56,175 nt of DNA from positions 1 to 56,175 of the forward strand of contig JAUXIO010000002.1 of assembly GCA_030620975.1 (NCBI GenBank), in the 5' to 3' direction. The stretch is from Dehalococcoidia bacterium (GTDB lineage: Bacteria; Chloroflexota; Dehalococcoidia; GIF9; JAUXIO01). Position numbers and translations under genes: made by a program. The notes below the pieces were generated by a model. It ran no database searches and was not told the DNA's origin. It saw nothing but the letters and a program-made list of their open reading frames with translations. Below, piece by piece: positions 32,946 to 43,100 of the stretch (positions are counted from its first letter, which is position 1; each line of letters opens with the position of its first letter).

Positions 32946-34328
32946 ATGGATACCATTAACCACATGAAACATTTTATGGAACCCAAGTCTGTGGCTCTTA
33001 TCGGAGTCTCACGCCAAACTGGAGAATATGCATTTAATATTCTAAAAAACTTGCTTGATTACAGTTACCAGGGCAGAATCTACCCGATTAACCCCAATGC
33101 CAGTGAAATCTTCGGGGTAAAAACCTATCACGCCATTGCTGAAGTAACTGAGAATATCGACCTGGCAGTCATAAGCCTACCAAGGTCTCTAGTCCCATCT
33201 CTGGTCAAAAAATGCGCTCAAAAGGGCATCCAGTCCATAACCATAGTCACTCAGGGCCTTGGCGATGCCAGCGATGAAAAGGGTAAACAGCTACAAAAAC
33301 AAATAGATGAAATTGTTAAGAAGAATAAAATTAGGATACTGGGACCAAATACTTTCGGCACAGCTAACGCCTTCACTAACTTCAGCTCATCATTCGTGAA
33401 GCTAAGAATGGAAAGATTACCCATTGGGGTTATCTGCCAAACTGGAATTTTCCTTATCAATTCTCCACATATGAAGTTAATAGGAAAGGGCATCGACTTA
33501 GGAAATGCCTGCGACATAGATTTTGCCGATAGCCTGGAATACTTTGAGCAAGATGAGCAGACAAAGGTCATCGCCTTACACATTGAAGGCATGCGAGATG
33601 GCAGAAGATTTCTTAAGGCTGCAAAACGCTTTACCCTTAAGAAACCTTTGATCGCCATGAAGACGGGAAAGGGTGATTATGCAGCTAGAGCTGCTCAATC
33701 CCATACCGGCTCTTTGATAGGAAGCGATGAAGTCTGGAACTCCGCCTTTAAACAATCTGGAGTAATAAGGGTAGGTGATACTGAGGAACTTGGCGATGCG
33801 GTAAAAGCCTTCTGCACGCTGCCCCCGGTAAAAGGGAGGAAGGTTGGCATAGTCTCCTTCACCGGTGGATTTGGCATTGTTGCCATGGATGCCTGCCAAA
33901 AGTTTAACCTGAAACTACCTGAACCATCCCGGTCAACCATAAACCAGCTTGGTAAAATATCTCCCTCTTGGCTGAGAATTGGCAACCCAGCAGACATATG
34001 GCCAGGCATGATGATCGGGAGAACCTATATGAATGGCCTGACAAGCAGCTTGGAAGCTTTTCTAGCCGACGATAAGATAGATGCCGTCCTTTTCATAGGA
34101 GGTGCCCTATCCCGTAGATTTTCTGCCAACCTTTGCCATCTTTGTGAAGAATTAGCCAAGGCTCATCCCTATAAACCCTTCGTCTGCTACCTCTATGGAG
34201 CTTACTACCAGGAAGCCAAAGATAGATTGGAGGAATCAAGTAAAACAATGGTCTTCCCCAGCGTCGAGCGAGCTATCAGGACTTTGTCTCACCTCGCCGA
34301 TTACTCAGAATTTCGTAGTAGCTTCTAA
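32946..34328 (+). CDS. Acetyl-CoA synthetase (ADP-forming) alpha-type subunit (CoA-binding plus ligase-CoA domains)
   Basis: FMEPKSVALIGVS, IYPINPN, ILGPNTFG and AQSHTGSLIG (phosphohistidine loop) are typical of NDP-forming acyl-CoA synthetases. Confidence 0.85.
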   Translation: MDTINHMKHFMEPKSVALIGVSRQTGEYAFNILKNLLDYSYQGRIYPINPNASEIFGVKTYHAIAEVTENIDLAVISLPRSLVPSLVKKCAQKGIQSITIVTQGLGDASDEKGKQLQKQIDEIVKKNKIRILGPNTFGTANAFTNFSSSFVKLRMERLPIGVICQTGIFLINSPHMKLIGKGIDLGNACDIDFADSLEYFEQDEQTKVIALHIEGMRDGRRFLKAAKRFTLKKPLIAMKTGKGDYAARAAQSHTGSLIGSDEVWNSAFKQSGVIRVGDTEELGDAVKAFCTLPPVKGRKVGIVSFTGGFGIVAMDACQKFNLKLPEPSRSTINQLGKISPSWLRIGNPADIWPGMMIGRTYMNGLTSSLEAFLADDKIDAVLFIGGALSRRFSANLCHLCEELAKAHPYKPFVCYLYGAYYQEAKDRLEESSKTMVFPSVERAIRTLSHLADYSEFRSSF

Positions 34329-34967
34329 AATTACCCTAGCATCTACAGCTACAGCGCCATCACCATAGGCAAAAATCGGATTAAGGTCAAGCTCTCTTAT
34401 CTGGGGATTCCGTTCCACAAACCGAGAAACCCCTACTATCAGCTCCTCAATAAAGGGAACATCCACTGCTTCCTGCCCCCTATAACCTTGCAATAATGGA
34501 TACCCCTTTATTTCCCTGACCATTTCCCCAGCATCTTTTCTCGTCACCGGAACTATCCTAAAGGCAACATCCCTCAACACCTCCACCAGCATGCCGCCAA
34601 GACCAAACATGAGTACAGGTCCAAACTGAGGATCCTTACTCACACCAATAATCAGCTCAACCCCGCAGTATAGCATTCTCTGCACAGACACGCCCTGAAT
34701 CCTAGCCGCGGGATAGTTTCGCCTGATAGACGCTACGATTTCACTATAAGCGCCGCCCACCCGTGCAGCATTTTTCAGTCCCAGTTTAACCCCACCGAAA
34801 TCACTCTTATGAGTAATATCGGGAGAGGCTATTTTCAGCACCACTGGAAAGCCCATTTCCTTACTCAAAAAAATCGCTTCCTTTTTAGTTCTAGCAAGCC
34901 TCGTATCAACAACGGGTATCCCAGCTCGCTTAAGCAAAGTTTTGGATTCAACCTCCGTCAACTGCAC
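34305..34967 (-). CDS. Acetyl-CoA synthetase (ADP-forming) beta-type subunit (ATP-grasp domain)
   Basis: E-KTLLKRAGIPVV, FPVVLKIASPDITHKSDFGGVKLGL and ELDLNPIFA; 220 aa, GTG start. Confidence 0.85.
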   Translation of the reverse strand: MQLTEVESKTLLKRAGIPVVDTRLARTKKEAIFLSKEMGFPVVLKIASPDITHKSDFGGVKLGLKNAARVGGAYSEIVASIRRNYPAARIQGVSVQRMLYCGVELIIGVSKDPQFGPVLMFGLGGMLVEVLRDVAFRIVPVTRKDAGEMVREIKGYPLLQGYRGQEAVDVPFIEELIVGVSRFVERNPQIRELDLNPIFAYGDGAVAVDARVILEATTKF

Positions 34968-35081
34968 CCTCTTCCCCCTTTCTACCGATTAATCAAAGTA
35001 ACTAGCCAAGACTAATTCCTTGCCCTATTTTAACTGTTTCGGTTCTATCTGCAAATATTGGTTCCACGTCAAATCAGGCTC

Positions 35082-35110
35082 TTGACAAAATTGGAGTAGC
35101 CACCTAAAAT
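35082..35110 (+). promoter_or_regulatory. Promoter candidate of the trpB2 leader
   Basis: TTGACA (35082-35087), 17-nt spacer, TAAAAT (35105-35110). Confidence 0.55.
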
Positions 35111-35119
35111 AAGCGGCAA

Positions 35120-35404
35120 TAAAATATGAGAAAGGCTGAGAACAGGACTAGTAAAGTTTAAGGCGGAGTTCAGAGAGTCGGGTAAGGTGTGAGCCGATAC
35201 TTGCGCGAAGCTGGAATGGACCTGGGAGCCACAAACCGAAAAGCTGACATGCTGAGTAGGCCTTGTCGCAAAGGGTAGCGTTATTAAAGCCTAGGGTATC
35301 GCTTTCAGTTAAAGCCGTACCTGAAAAGAGATGGTCGCAAGACTAATAAGGGTGGCACCGCGAAGTTAAAACCTCTCGCCCCTTGACGAGAGGTTTAATT
35401 TTTT
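35120..35404 (+). ncRNA. T-box leader (tRNA-Trp specifier) with terminator
   Basis: Conserved T-box sequence AAUAAGGGUGGCACCGCG (35345-35362). Stem I elements AGAGAG (35171-35176) and GGUGUGAGCC. Candidate specifier UGG-A at 35212-35215 (a second UGGA lies at 35217-35220). Terminator AAACCTCTCG/CGAGAGGTTT (35369-35396) plus a U-tract. Confidence 0.85.
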
Positions 35405-35418
35405 AACGGAGGAAATAG

Positions 35419-35469
35419 ATGATTATCTGGCAACGCAGATGGTGGCCCCCTAGGCCAAAGGAGAAATAA
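35419..35469 (+). CDS. Candidate 16-codon Trp-rich leader peptide (MIIWQRRWWPPRPKEK)
   Basis: ATG at 35419 has GGAGG 6 nt upstream. Three of 16 codons are UGG. TAA at 35467-35469. Located between the T-box terminator and the trpB2 RBS. Confidence 0.35.
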   Translation: MIIWQRRWWPPRPKEK

Positions 35470-35512
35470 GACGATATACCAGTTTGCAAAGTAACGACAA
35501 AAGGAGGACAAA

Positions 35513-36886
35513 TTGAATAAGAGAACAAAGTTTAACCTCGACGAAAATGAGATACCAAGATACTGGTACAACATTCAGGCTGATTTGCCCAAGCCTTTAC
35601 CACCGGTCCTGCATCCAGTTACGGGAAAGCCAGTAACCCCCGACGACCTGGCTCCCCTATTCCCCATGGAATTAATCAAACAAGAAGTAAGTACCGAGCG
35701 CTGGATTGAAATCCCAGAGGAGGTACGAGATATCTACAGGCTGTGGAGGCCCACAACTCTATTTCGGGCACACAGGCTGGAGAAGGCGCTGGATACCCCG
35801 GCCAAAATCTTCTACAAATATGAGGGAGTAAGTCCACCGGGAAGCCACAAGCCCAACACTGCCGTGGCCCAAGCCTACTACAATAAAAGGGAAGGTGTTA
35901 AGCGGATAACCACCGAGACCGGGGCTGGACAGTGGGGAAGTGCACTATCTTTTGGCGGTGCTTGCTTTGACCTTGAGATTAAGGTCTATATGGTCCGGAT
36001 TAGCTATGACCAGAAACCCTACCGCCGCGTCATGATGGAGACCTGGGGAGCCAAATGTGTTCCCAGCCCCAGTCAAGATACCAAGACAGGACGAGATATG
36101 CTGACAAGAGACCCTGATTGCCCTGGCAGCTTAGGACTTGCTATCAGTGAGGCGGTAGAGGATTGCGTGTCTCGCGATGATACCCACTATGCCCTGGGCA
36201 GCGTGCTCAACCACGTCTTGCTGCACCAAACCATAAACGGCCTGGAGGCAAAAAAACTGGTGGAGGAGGCAGATGCCTATCCTGATATCATCGTTGGCTG
36301 CATCGGCGGCGGCTCCAACTTCGCCGGCCTATACTTGCCCTTCGTAAAGGACAAAATCGACGGTACAAAGCCGGACCTGCGCATCATCAATGTCGAGCCA
36401 GCAAGCTGTCCCACCATGACCAAGGGATTATACGCCTACGACTTCGGCGATGAAGCCGGGATGACTCCCCTAATTCTGATGTACACCTTGGGACATGGTT
36501 TCATCCCACCCCCAGTCCACGCCGGAGGCTTGCGTTATCACGGTATGGCACCAATTATATGCCACCTGCATAAACTGGGGCTCGTCGAAGCCAGAGCCGA
36601 GCACCAACTGGCTACCTTCGAGGCCGGGATAACATTCGCTCGTACCGAGGGCATCATCAGCGCCCCCGAGCCAAATCACGCTATCAAGGTAGTCATTGAC
36701 GAAGCGCTTAAATGCAGAGAATCTGGCGAATCAAAAACCATCCTGCTGGCTCACAGCGGACACGGGCATGTGGATATGGCCGCCTATGATGCCTACCTGT
36801 CGGGTAAACTGCAGGATTATGAATATCCCGAGGAAAAAGTAAAAGAGGCGCTGACTGAGCTACCCAAGGTACCACAGGTAAGCTAA
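35513..36886 (+). CDS. trpB: TrpB-like PLP-dependent enzyme (tryptophan synthase beta, TrpB2 type)
   Basis: 457 aa. [38 protein letters not shown] (PLP lysine), GGGSNFAG and YHGMAP. TTG start with GGAGG 6 nt upstream. Confidence 0.92.
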   Translation: MNKRTKFNLDENEIPRYWYNIQADLPKPLPPVLHPVTGKPVTPDDLAPLFPMELIKQEVSTERWIEIPEEVRDIYRLWRPTTLFRAHRLEKALDTPAKIFYKYEGVSPPGSHKPNTAVAQAYYNKREGVKRITTETGAGQWGSALSFGGACFDLEIKVYMVRISYDQKPYRRVMMETWGAKCVPSPSQDTKTGRDMLTRDPDCPGSLGLAISEAVEDCVSRDDTHYALGSVLNHVLLHQTINGLEAKKLVEEADAYPDIIVGCIGGGSNFAGLYLPFVKDKIDGTKPDLRIINVEPASCPTMTKGLYAYDFGDEAGMTPLILMYTLGHGFIPPPVHAGGLRYHGMAPIICHLHKLGLVEARAEHQLATFEAGITFARTEGIISAPEPNHAIKVVIDEALKCRESGESKTILLAHSGHGHVDMAAYDAYLSGKLQDYEYPEEKVKEALTELPKVPQVS

Positions 36887-36897
36887 AGAACAATAAA

Positions 36898-37767
36898 TTA
36901 AGGTTCGGAGTAAAAAGAAAGCCCGAGCAGACCAGGACCGGTATGCACACCAGCGACCGGGGCAAAGCAGGTTATATAACTTTCAATACACTTAAAGCGG
37001 GAGAGCACCTCTGCCTCAAGTGCTTGTGCCTCTTGAGGCACATTGCCATGGTCAACTATAACATGTAGTGGTTTCTCTGTACCTACCCTCTCCCGCATTA
37101 TATCAAGTAGCCGTGTTACCGCTCGGGCTTTGCCCCTAACTCTCTGCATAGGTTCCACCACACCCGTTGATGGTGGCACCTCAAGAATGGGCTTTATGTT
37201 AAGAAGACTACCTGCCCAGGATGCCGCCTTGCCAATGCGTCCACCCTTTTCCAGGTACTTTAGAGTATCCATAGCGGCAATGAGGGTTACCCTTGAACGC
37301 ACGCTCTGGGCAGCTTCAACCACTTGAGGCAAGCTCTGCCCCCTGGCGGCAGCTCGAGCTGCCGCCAGGACAATCAATCCATAAGCTCCACAAACGGTGC
37401 CGGAGTCAATAACATCAATGGGGAACCCGGACAATTCATGCTTAGCTAGTTCCTTGGCTGACTGCACCGCTTCCCAAGTCATCCTGCTAAACCCTTGGGT
37501 GATGGTGAGACAAAGAACCCCCGTTGCCTCCCGACTCAACTTGCGAAAAGCCTCAATATATTCCAAGACAGGGGGGCCCGAGGTAGTAGGTAGCTCCTGT
37601 AATTGCTCCAAGAGAGGATAAAATTCCTCAGCAGTAATATCTTCCCGGTCTCGATAGGTCTTACCTTCAAATATAAGCCGCAAGGGGATTATCTTAATTT
37701 CATATTCCTCTTCCAGCTCCCTCGGCAGGCAAGCGCAGCTATCACAAACTATGGCTACTTTAGACAC
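36898..37767 (-). CDS. DegV family (fatty-acid binding) protein
   Basis: VAIVCDSCACLP, IKIIPLRLIF, LPTTSGP and GTVCGAYGLIVL show the typical DegV organisation. Confidence 0.88.
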   Translation of the reverse strand: MSKVAIVCDSCACLPRELEEEYEIKIIPLRLIFEGKTYRDREDITAEEFYPLLEQLQELPTTSGPPVLEYIEAFRKLSREATGVLCLTITQGFSRMTWEAVQSAKELAKHELSGFPIDVIDSGTVCGAYGLIVLAAARAAARGQSLPQVVEAAQSVRSRVTLIAAMDTLKYLEKGGRIGKAASWAGSLLNIKPILEVPPSTGVVEPMQRVRGKARAVTRLLDIMRERVGTEKPLHVIVDHGNVPQEAQALEAEVLSRFKCIESYITCFAPVAGVHTGPGLLGLSFYSEP

Positions 37768-37776
37768 AGCGACCTC

Positions 37777-38547
37777 CTACAAAATAATCCTCATATCTTC
37801 ATGTCCCAAGCTCATATCAGCTCCCAGCTCCTCAGCCACCTGTGCCACCTCTCCTTTAATCTCCTCCTCATACTGAGGGGCAATGTGGATAAGGATAATG
37901 CGCGGTAAGTAACCCCTAAGCTTACGAAACTCAACAAGCTCCCGCTTGAGAAGTTGAGGTGACAGATGGCCAACATTTCTCAGAAAATCTTCAAACTTAT
38001 TAGGTCCAGAAACCTCGGTGATGATGAGTTGAGGTGAAATGTGCTCCCAGCAACTAGCCAGCCCGGGACCAGTGTCGCCAGAATAAAATAAGCTCTTCCC
38101 ATCTGCGGAAGTAATTTGATAGCCCACAATGGGCACGGTGTGTTTTCCAGGGAGAGGCAGAACTTCATAGCCTTCAATAGGCTCCTCCTTATATGGTTCA
38201 ACAGTCTGCAATTGAAGGCAGGGATTCTCTTTAGACGGCCACTCAAGGAAATTAATATACATTTTCCCGTCCAGTAGGTAGGACTTCACAATATCAAGAG
38301 TCTGGGGTAAACCATAAACCTTAATTGGTTTCCACAAACCAGCATTTGTCCCCAGGGTGACCAAATCTCGGGTATGGTCAAAATGATGATGAGTAAGTAA
38401 GATAGCCTTAACCTTTTCCTGCTCCGCTAACGAAAGGCCAGAGGTAAGCCCACCGGCATCCACAGCTAAAATACCGTCAATCAATAGAGAAGTTAATCGC
38501 ATCCCCCTTGCTTCAGCCCCATGAGCACCTAAAATTTGGACTTCCAT
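37777..38547 (-). CDS. MBL-fold metallo-hydrolase
   Basis: ILLTHHHFDHTRDL (HxHxDH); 256 aa. Lies 9 nt upstream of degV and 19 nt downstream of padR. Confidence 0.85.
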   Translation of the reverse strand: MEVQILGAHGAEARGMRLTSLLIDGILAVDAGGLTSGLSLAEQEKVKAILLTHHHFDHTRDLVTLGTNAGLWKPIKVYGLPQTLDIVKSYLLDGKMYINFLEWPSKENPCLQLQTVEPYKEEPIEGYEVLPLPGKHTVPIVGYQITSADGKSLFYSGDTGPGLASCWEHISPQLIITEVSGPNKFEDFLRNVGHLSPQLLKRELVEFRKLRGYLPRIILIHIAPQYEEEIKGEVAQVAEELGADMSLGHEDMRIIL

Positions 38548-38566
38548 CGCTAGACCTCCAAAGTTT

Positions 38567-38908
38567 CTATTGACAATCCAAACTCATAAGCTTACTTGCT
38601 GCACTGTAGAAGTCTTGCCACTCGGCCAACCTCTCAGCCAAAACCTGGCGACCCTTCTCAGTTACCTGGTAATATCGTCGCCTTTGCCTCTTGGTAATTT
38701 GCTGCCAGTGGCTTGAGATAAGCTCAGCTTTTTCCAGCCGGCGTAGCACCGGGTAAATGGTACCTCCCCTAACTTTGAAATAGCCGCCGCTTCTTCTCTC
38801 CAGCTCCTTAATAAGCTGATAACCATATGTAGGTAGCTCCCCAACAAGGGAAAGTAATAAAGAATCCGTAACCCCCCTCAGCAACTCCTGAGCGTCCCGC
38901 CTCGACAT
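38567..38908 (-). CDS. PadR family transcriptional regulator
   Basis: LLRGVTDSLLLSLVGELPTYGYQLIKELERRSGGYFKVRGGTIYPVLRRLEKAELI. Confidence 0.9.
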   Translation of the reverse strand: MSRRDAQELLRGVTDSLLLSLVGELPTYGYQLIKELERRSGGYFKVRGGTIYPVLRRLEKAELISSHWQQITKRQRRRYYQVTEKGRQVLAERLAEWQDFYSAASKLMSLDCQ

Positions 38909-38940
38909 GTTACCTCGTCCTCCTATTACATCGCTGTCTA

Positions 38941-38961
38941 ATACATTATAGACCGATGTAT
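38941..38961. promoter_or_regulatory. Candidate PadR operator (inverted repeat)
   Basis: ATACAT-N9-ATGTAT perfect 6-bp inverted repeat, 33 nt upstream of the padR start in the padR/htrA divergent region. PadR operators are typically ATGT/ACAT palindromes. Confidence 0.3.
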
Positions 38962-39039
38962 ACTTTTCGTCAAGCCTTGTTAGAAACCTAGTCCTTTACT
39001 CAAGAAGGCTGCCGATGATAAAATTAAACTGACTATGAT

Positions 39040-40164
39040 ATGAGTAAACTTAACTTTGTCCTTATTGGCTTACTACTAACAAGTTTGGTTGCGGGCACTG
39101 CTGGCTGCCTTATCCCATTACCACCAACATCAGAAGCCCCTCCCAGCAGTGCTACTACCAGCTACACTTCGGGAATACCCATAGACCCCACCTGGACACT
39201 CCCTTCCTCAAATAGCCATTCATCTTCGCCATCGCTACCTATCCCCGAAGTGGTTTGGATGGCAACTCCTTCTGTAGTTGCCATCCAAACTGAGGTTGTA
39301 ACTTACGATATATTTCTACAGCCCATACCTGGGCAGGGCGTAGGCACAGGTGTAATATTTGACAGCAACGGCTATATTGTGACCAATAATCACGTGGTGG
39401 AAGGCGCCAAAAGCATAAGAGTTGCCCTTACTGATGGCAGAACTTTCAATGCAGTTAAAGTAAACAAGGATCCACAAACTGACCTAGCAGTAATTAAGAT
39501 CAACGCCAATGGTCTAACAAAAGCTAAGCTCGGTCGCTCGGAAAACCTCCAGGTGGGTGAACGGGTAGTGGCCATTGGTAATGCTTTAGCCCTAGAAGGA
39601 GGACCTACTGTCACTGCCGGAATTGTAAGTTACCTCGGACGTTCCATCCAAGAACCCAACGGAACAGTGCTTTATGACCTCATTCAGACTGATGCCGCCA
39701 TAAACCCCGGAAATAGTGGCGGCCCACTACTGAACATGGCCAGCGAAGTAGTTGGCATCAATACCGCCATAGCTGCCGAGGCACAGAACATCGGCTTCGC
39801 CATTAGCATTTCCCAAGACGTACTGGAGAATGTCATACTGCCTCTGGTAAATATTGGACATGTCATCCGTCCCTGGCTGGGAGTTACTTTTACTGAACTT
39901 ACTACAGCCACTATTTCCCGCTATGGGTTATCTGCCACTGAGGGTGCCCTCATCGTCTATGTTGAACCAGATAGCCCAGCCGATAAGGCTGGACTTAAGC
40001 CACTGGATGTCATTACCTGCTTCGCCGGAGAGAAAATAACTAAAGCCGAAGAACTGAGATTAATCATACACTCCTGCCAAATTAGAGATGGAGTAGAAAT
40101 AACCTTTATGCGGGGTAAACAAGAATTGAGCGTTGAGGCTACTTTAATTGAGAGTCCACCATAA
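39040..40164 (+). CDS. HtrA/DegP-type S1C serine protease with PDZ domain
   Basis: N-terminal TM segment. Catalytic TNNHVV, DLAVIK and GNSGGPL, plus a C-terminal PDZ ([24 protein letters not shown]). Confidence 0.92.
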   Translation: MSKLNFVLIGLLLTSLVAGTAGCLIPLPPTSEAPPSSATTSYTSGIPIDPTWTLPSSNSHSSSPSLPIPEVVWMATPSVVAIQTEVVTYDIFLQPIPGQGVGTGVIFDSNGYIVTNNHVVEGAKSIRVALTDGRTFNAVKVNKDPQTDLAVIKINANGLTKAKLGRSENLQVGERVVAIGNALALEGGPTVTAGIVSYLGRSIQEPNGTVLYDLIQTDAAINPGNSGGPLLNMASEVVGINTAIAAEAQNIGFAISISQDVLENVILPLVNIGHVIRPWLGVTFTELTTATISRYGLSATEGALIVYVEPDSPADKAGLKPLDVITCFAGEKITKAEELRLIIHSCQIRDGVEITFMRGKQELSVEATLIESPP

Positions 40165-40167
40165 TAC

Positions 40168-43100
40168 TTACTCGAACTTTCTTACCCCCAACACTACTTT
40201 ACTGCCATTAATGCTATAGCTTTCAACATAAACTTCAGCCTCCGGGATTCCTTCAATAAGTTCATGGGACAAAGTCTCCTGCTTGATATAGTCAGCAAAC
40301 TGAGTTATTACCTTTCCCATTGAGGCTTCAGCTCGATAATAAGTAACAATGTGGTCAGCGATATCAAATCCCGCTGAACGACGCATGTTTTGAAGGCGGC
40401 GCACTATCTCTCTAGCTGCCCCTTCAGCCACCAGCCCGGGCGAGAGTCCAGTAGCTATAGCCACCCAGTAATCGCCTTCCCTGGCCATGGCATAGCCAGC
40501 AGCATCATCAGGAAGCTCCCTGTCAGTAAGTTCCATCTCCTTAACATTTATCTCATTTAATATCTGATCGCTCAACCTTTCCAAAGCCTCCCCTCTCCGC
40601 TTCGAATCCACTTTGATTAAAATCCTAGCCAGAGGCTGACGCACCTTAATCCCGGCTTTGCTCCGTACTGCCCGACCCAAGCTTGATATCTTCACTGCCA
40701 GCCGAATATCAGCGGATAATTGCTCATCGATCTTGTCAATGTCAGCTACCGGAAAATCGGCCAGATGCACACTCTCCCTAGCCTCGGGATCCACGGAGCG
40801 TACTAGATTCTGATAAAGCTCCTCGGCAATGAATGGAGTAAAGGGAGCCAAAAGCTTAGATAAAGTAACCAAACAGCTATACAACGTAAAATAGGCTGCT
40901 AACTTATCGTCATCATTTTCGCTCTTCCAGAAGCGGCGCCGGCTCCGCCTAACGTACCAATTGGAAAGTTGGTCAAGGAAATCCTCAAACTTCCTGGCGG
41001 CAGCGGTCGGCTCATAATTATCCAGCGCCTCAGTTACTGCAACTATAAGTTGATTAAGCTCAGAGAGAATCCACCTATCAAGTTCAGAGGGGGGCGGAGT
41101 TACTGCTAACTTGGGGTCAAAGCGGTCAATATTGGCATAAATGACGAAGAAGGAATAAGTATTCCACAAGGTCATTAGAAACCTTCGCATTGTCTCTGCC
41201 ACCATCTCGGTAGAAAAGCGCCGCACATTTGCCGCTGGTGACGAAGTAAAAAAATACCAACGCAAAGCATCGGCTCCATAGCTATTGACCACAGTCCAGG
41301 GATCAACCACATTTCCTTTTGCCTTGCTCATCTTCTCCCCTTCGGCATCAAGAACATGGCCCAAGCAAATAACATTCTTAAAGCAGGGACGGTTGAAGAG
41401 CAGGATGGCTATGGCATGCAAGCTATAGAACCAGCCGCGGGTTTGGTCAATAGCCTCACAAATAAAATCGGCGGGAAAGTTCTGTTCAAACTCATCGCGA
41501 TTCTCAAATGGATAGTGCCACTGAGCTATAGGCATGGCCCCGGAATCAAACCAACAGTCAATCACTTCTGCTTGCCGTCGCATTTCCCCACCGCAATTGG
41601 AACAAGTAAAAATAATCTCATCAACGAAGGGACGATGCAAATCAAGTTCACCCTTAATCAGTTTTGGGGTTACGAGTGATAACTCAACGCCCGGTTTACT
41701 CTTTAACTCCTCTATACTGCCTATGCACTCATAGCTGCTGCAAGATTCACAGTGCCAGATATTAAGCGGCGTGCCCCAGTAACGCTCTCTAGAAAAGGCC
41801 CAGTCCACATTGTTCTCCAGCCAGTCACCGAAACGGCCGTGCTTAATATACTCCGGATGCCAGTTAATCTCAGCATTCCCAGAAATAAGCCTCTCTTTCA
41901 CTGCAGTGGTTCTAATGTACCAAGTTCTCTTAGCATAATAGAGAAGCGGTGCTTCGCAGCGCCAACAGAAAGGATAAGTGTGAGTAATCCATTCACTGCG
42001 GTAAAGCAATCCTCTCGATGCAAGGTCATCAAGGATGATAGGGTCAGCATCCTTGACAAACTTGCCAGCAAGTGGTAGCTCGGGAGGATAGGTGCCAATA
42101 ACTTTTCCTTCCAAATCCACGGTATGGACAAAATCTAGGTCATTATCCACGCCAGCCTCATAGTCAACCTCGCCATAAGCGGGAGCAACGTGAACAATGC
42201 CAGTACCTTCCTCCATAGATACAAAGTCGGCATCAATAACCGGGAAGGATAAATCCTTATCCGCCGACCGAATTTCAAGTACCTCAAGCCATGGGCCTGG
42301 CCTTCTGTAATACTCTTTGAACTGTTTTCTCTCTACGCCATACTCATGTGGATTGAACAGCGGTTCGTATCTTAGACCTTTCTGCATACCTGCGATGTCT
42401 GCTCCCTTAACCCTGGTAACTTCACAATAACCTTTAAGCCCCACCTTATCTATAAGGACTGAAGCTATGATAAGGTAGTCATCCTTCCCCTCCATCAGTG
42501 AATACTCAGCTTCCGGAGCTACTGCCAGGGCAGTATTACCGGGTAAAGTCCACGGGGTCGTTGTCCATGCCAAAAAATAAGCTGGTTTGGATGAAAATGC
42601 ATGAAAGAAAGGCTCAAGTGATGTTGTGGCCACCGAAGCGGGCTTGAGCTTAAACTTTATGTAAACCGATGGATCCTCAGCATCATTCCTGTAACCCAAA
42701 GCCACCTCGTGTGAACTAAGCGAGGTACCGCATCTGGGACAGTGAGGAGTGACCTTGTAGCCTTGATAAATCAAACCTTTGTCCCATAACTGCTTTATTG
42801 CCCACCAGCAAGACTCAATATATCCATTGTCCAGAGTTATATAGGGATGCTCCATATCCAACCAGGAACCAATGCGCTCCGTTACTGCCTCCCACTGCTT
42901 GATGTACTCAAAGACGCTCTCCCGGCAATGCTCATTAAACCGAGCCACCCCATACTCTTCAATCTGAGCCTTACCAGTAAAGCCGAGCATTTTCTCTATC
43001 TCCAGCTCCACAGGCAATCCATGGGTATCCCACCCAGCCTTCCTTGGCGCATAATAACCTCTCATCGCTTTATATCGAGAGATAACATCTTTAAACGTAC

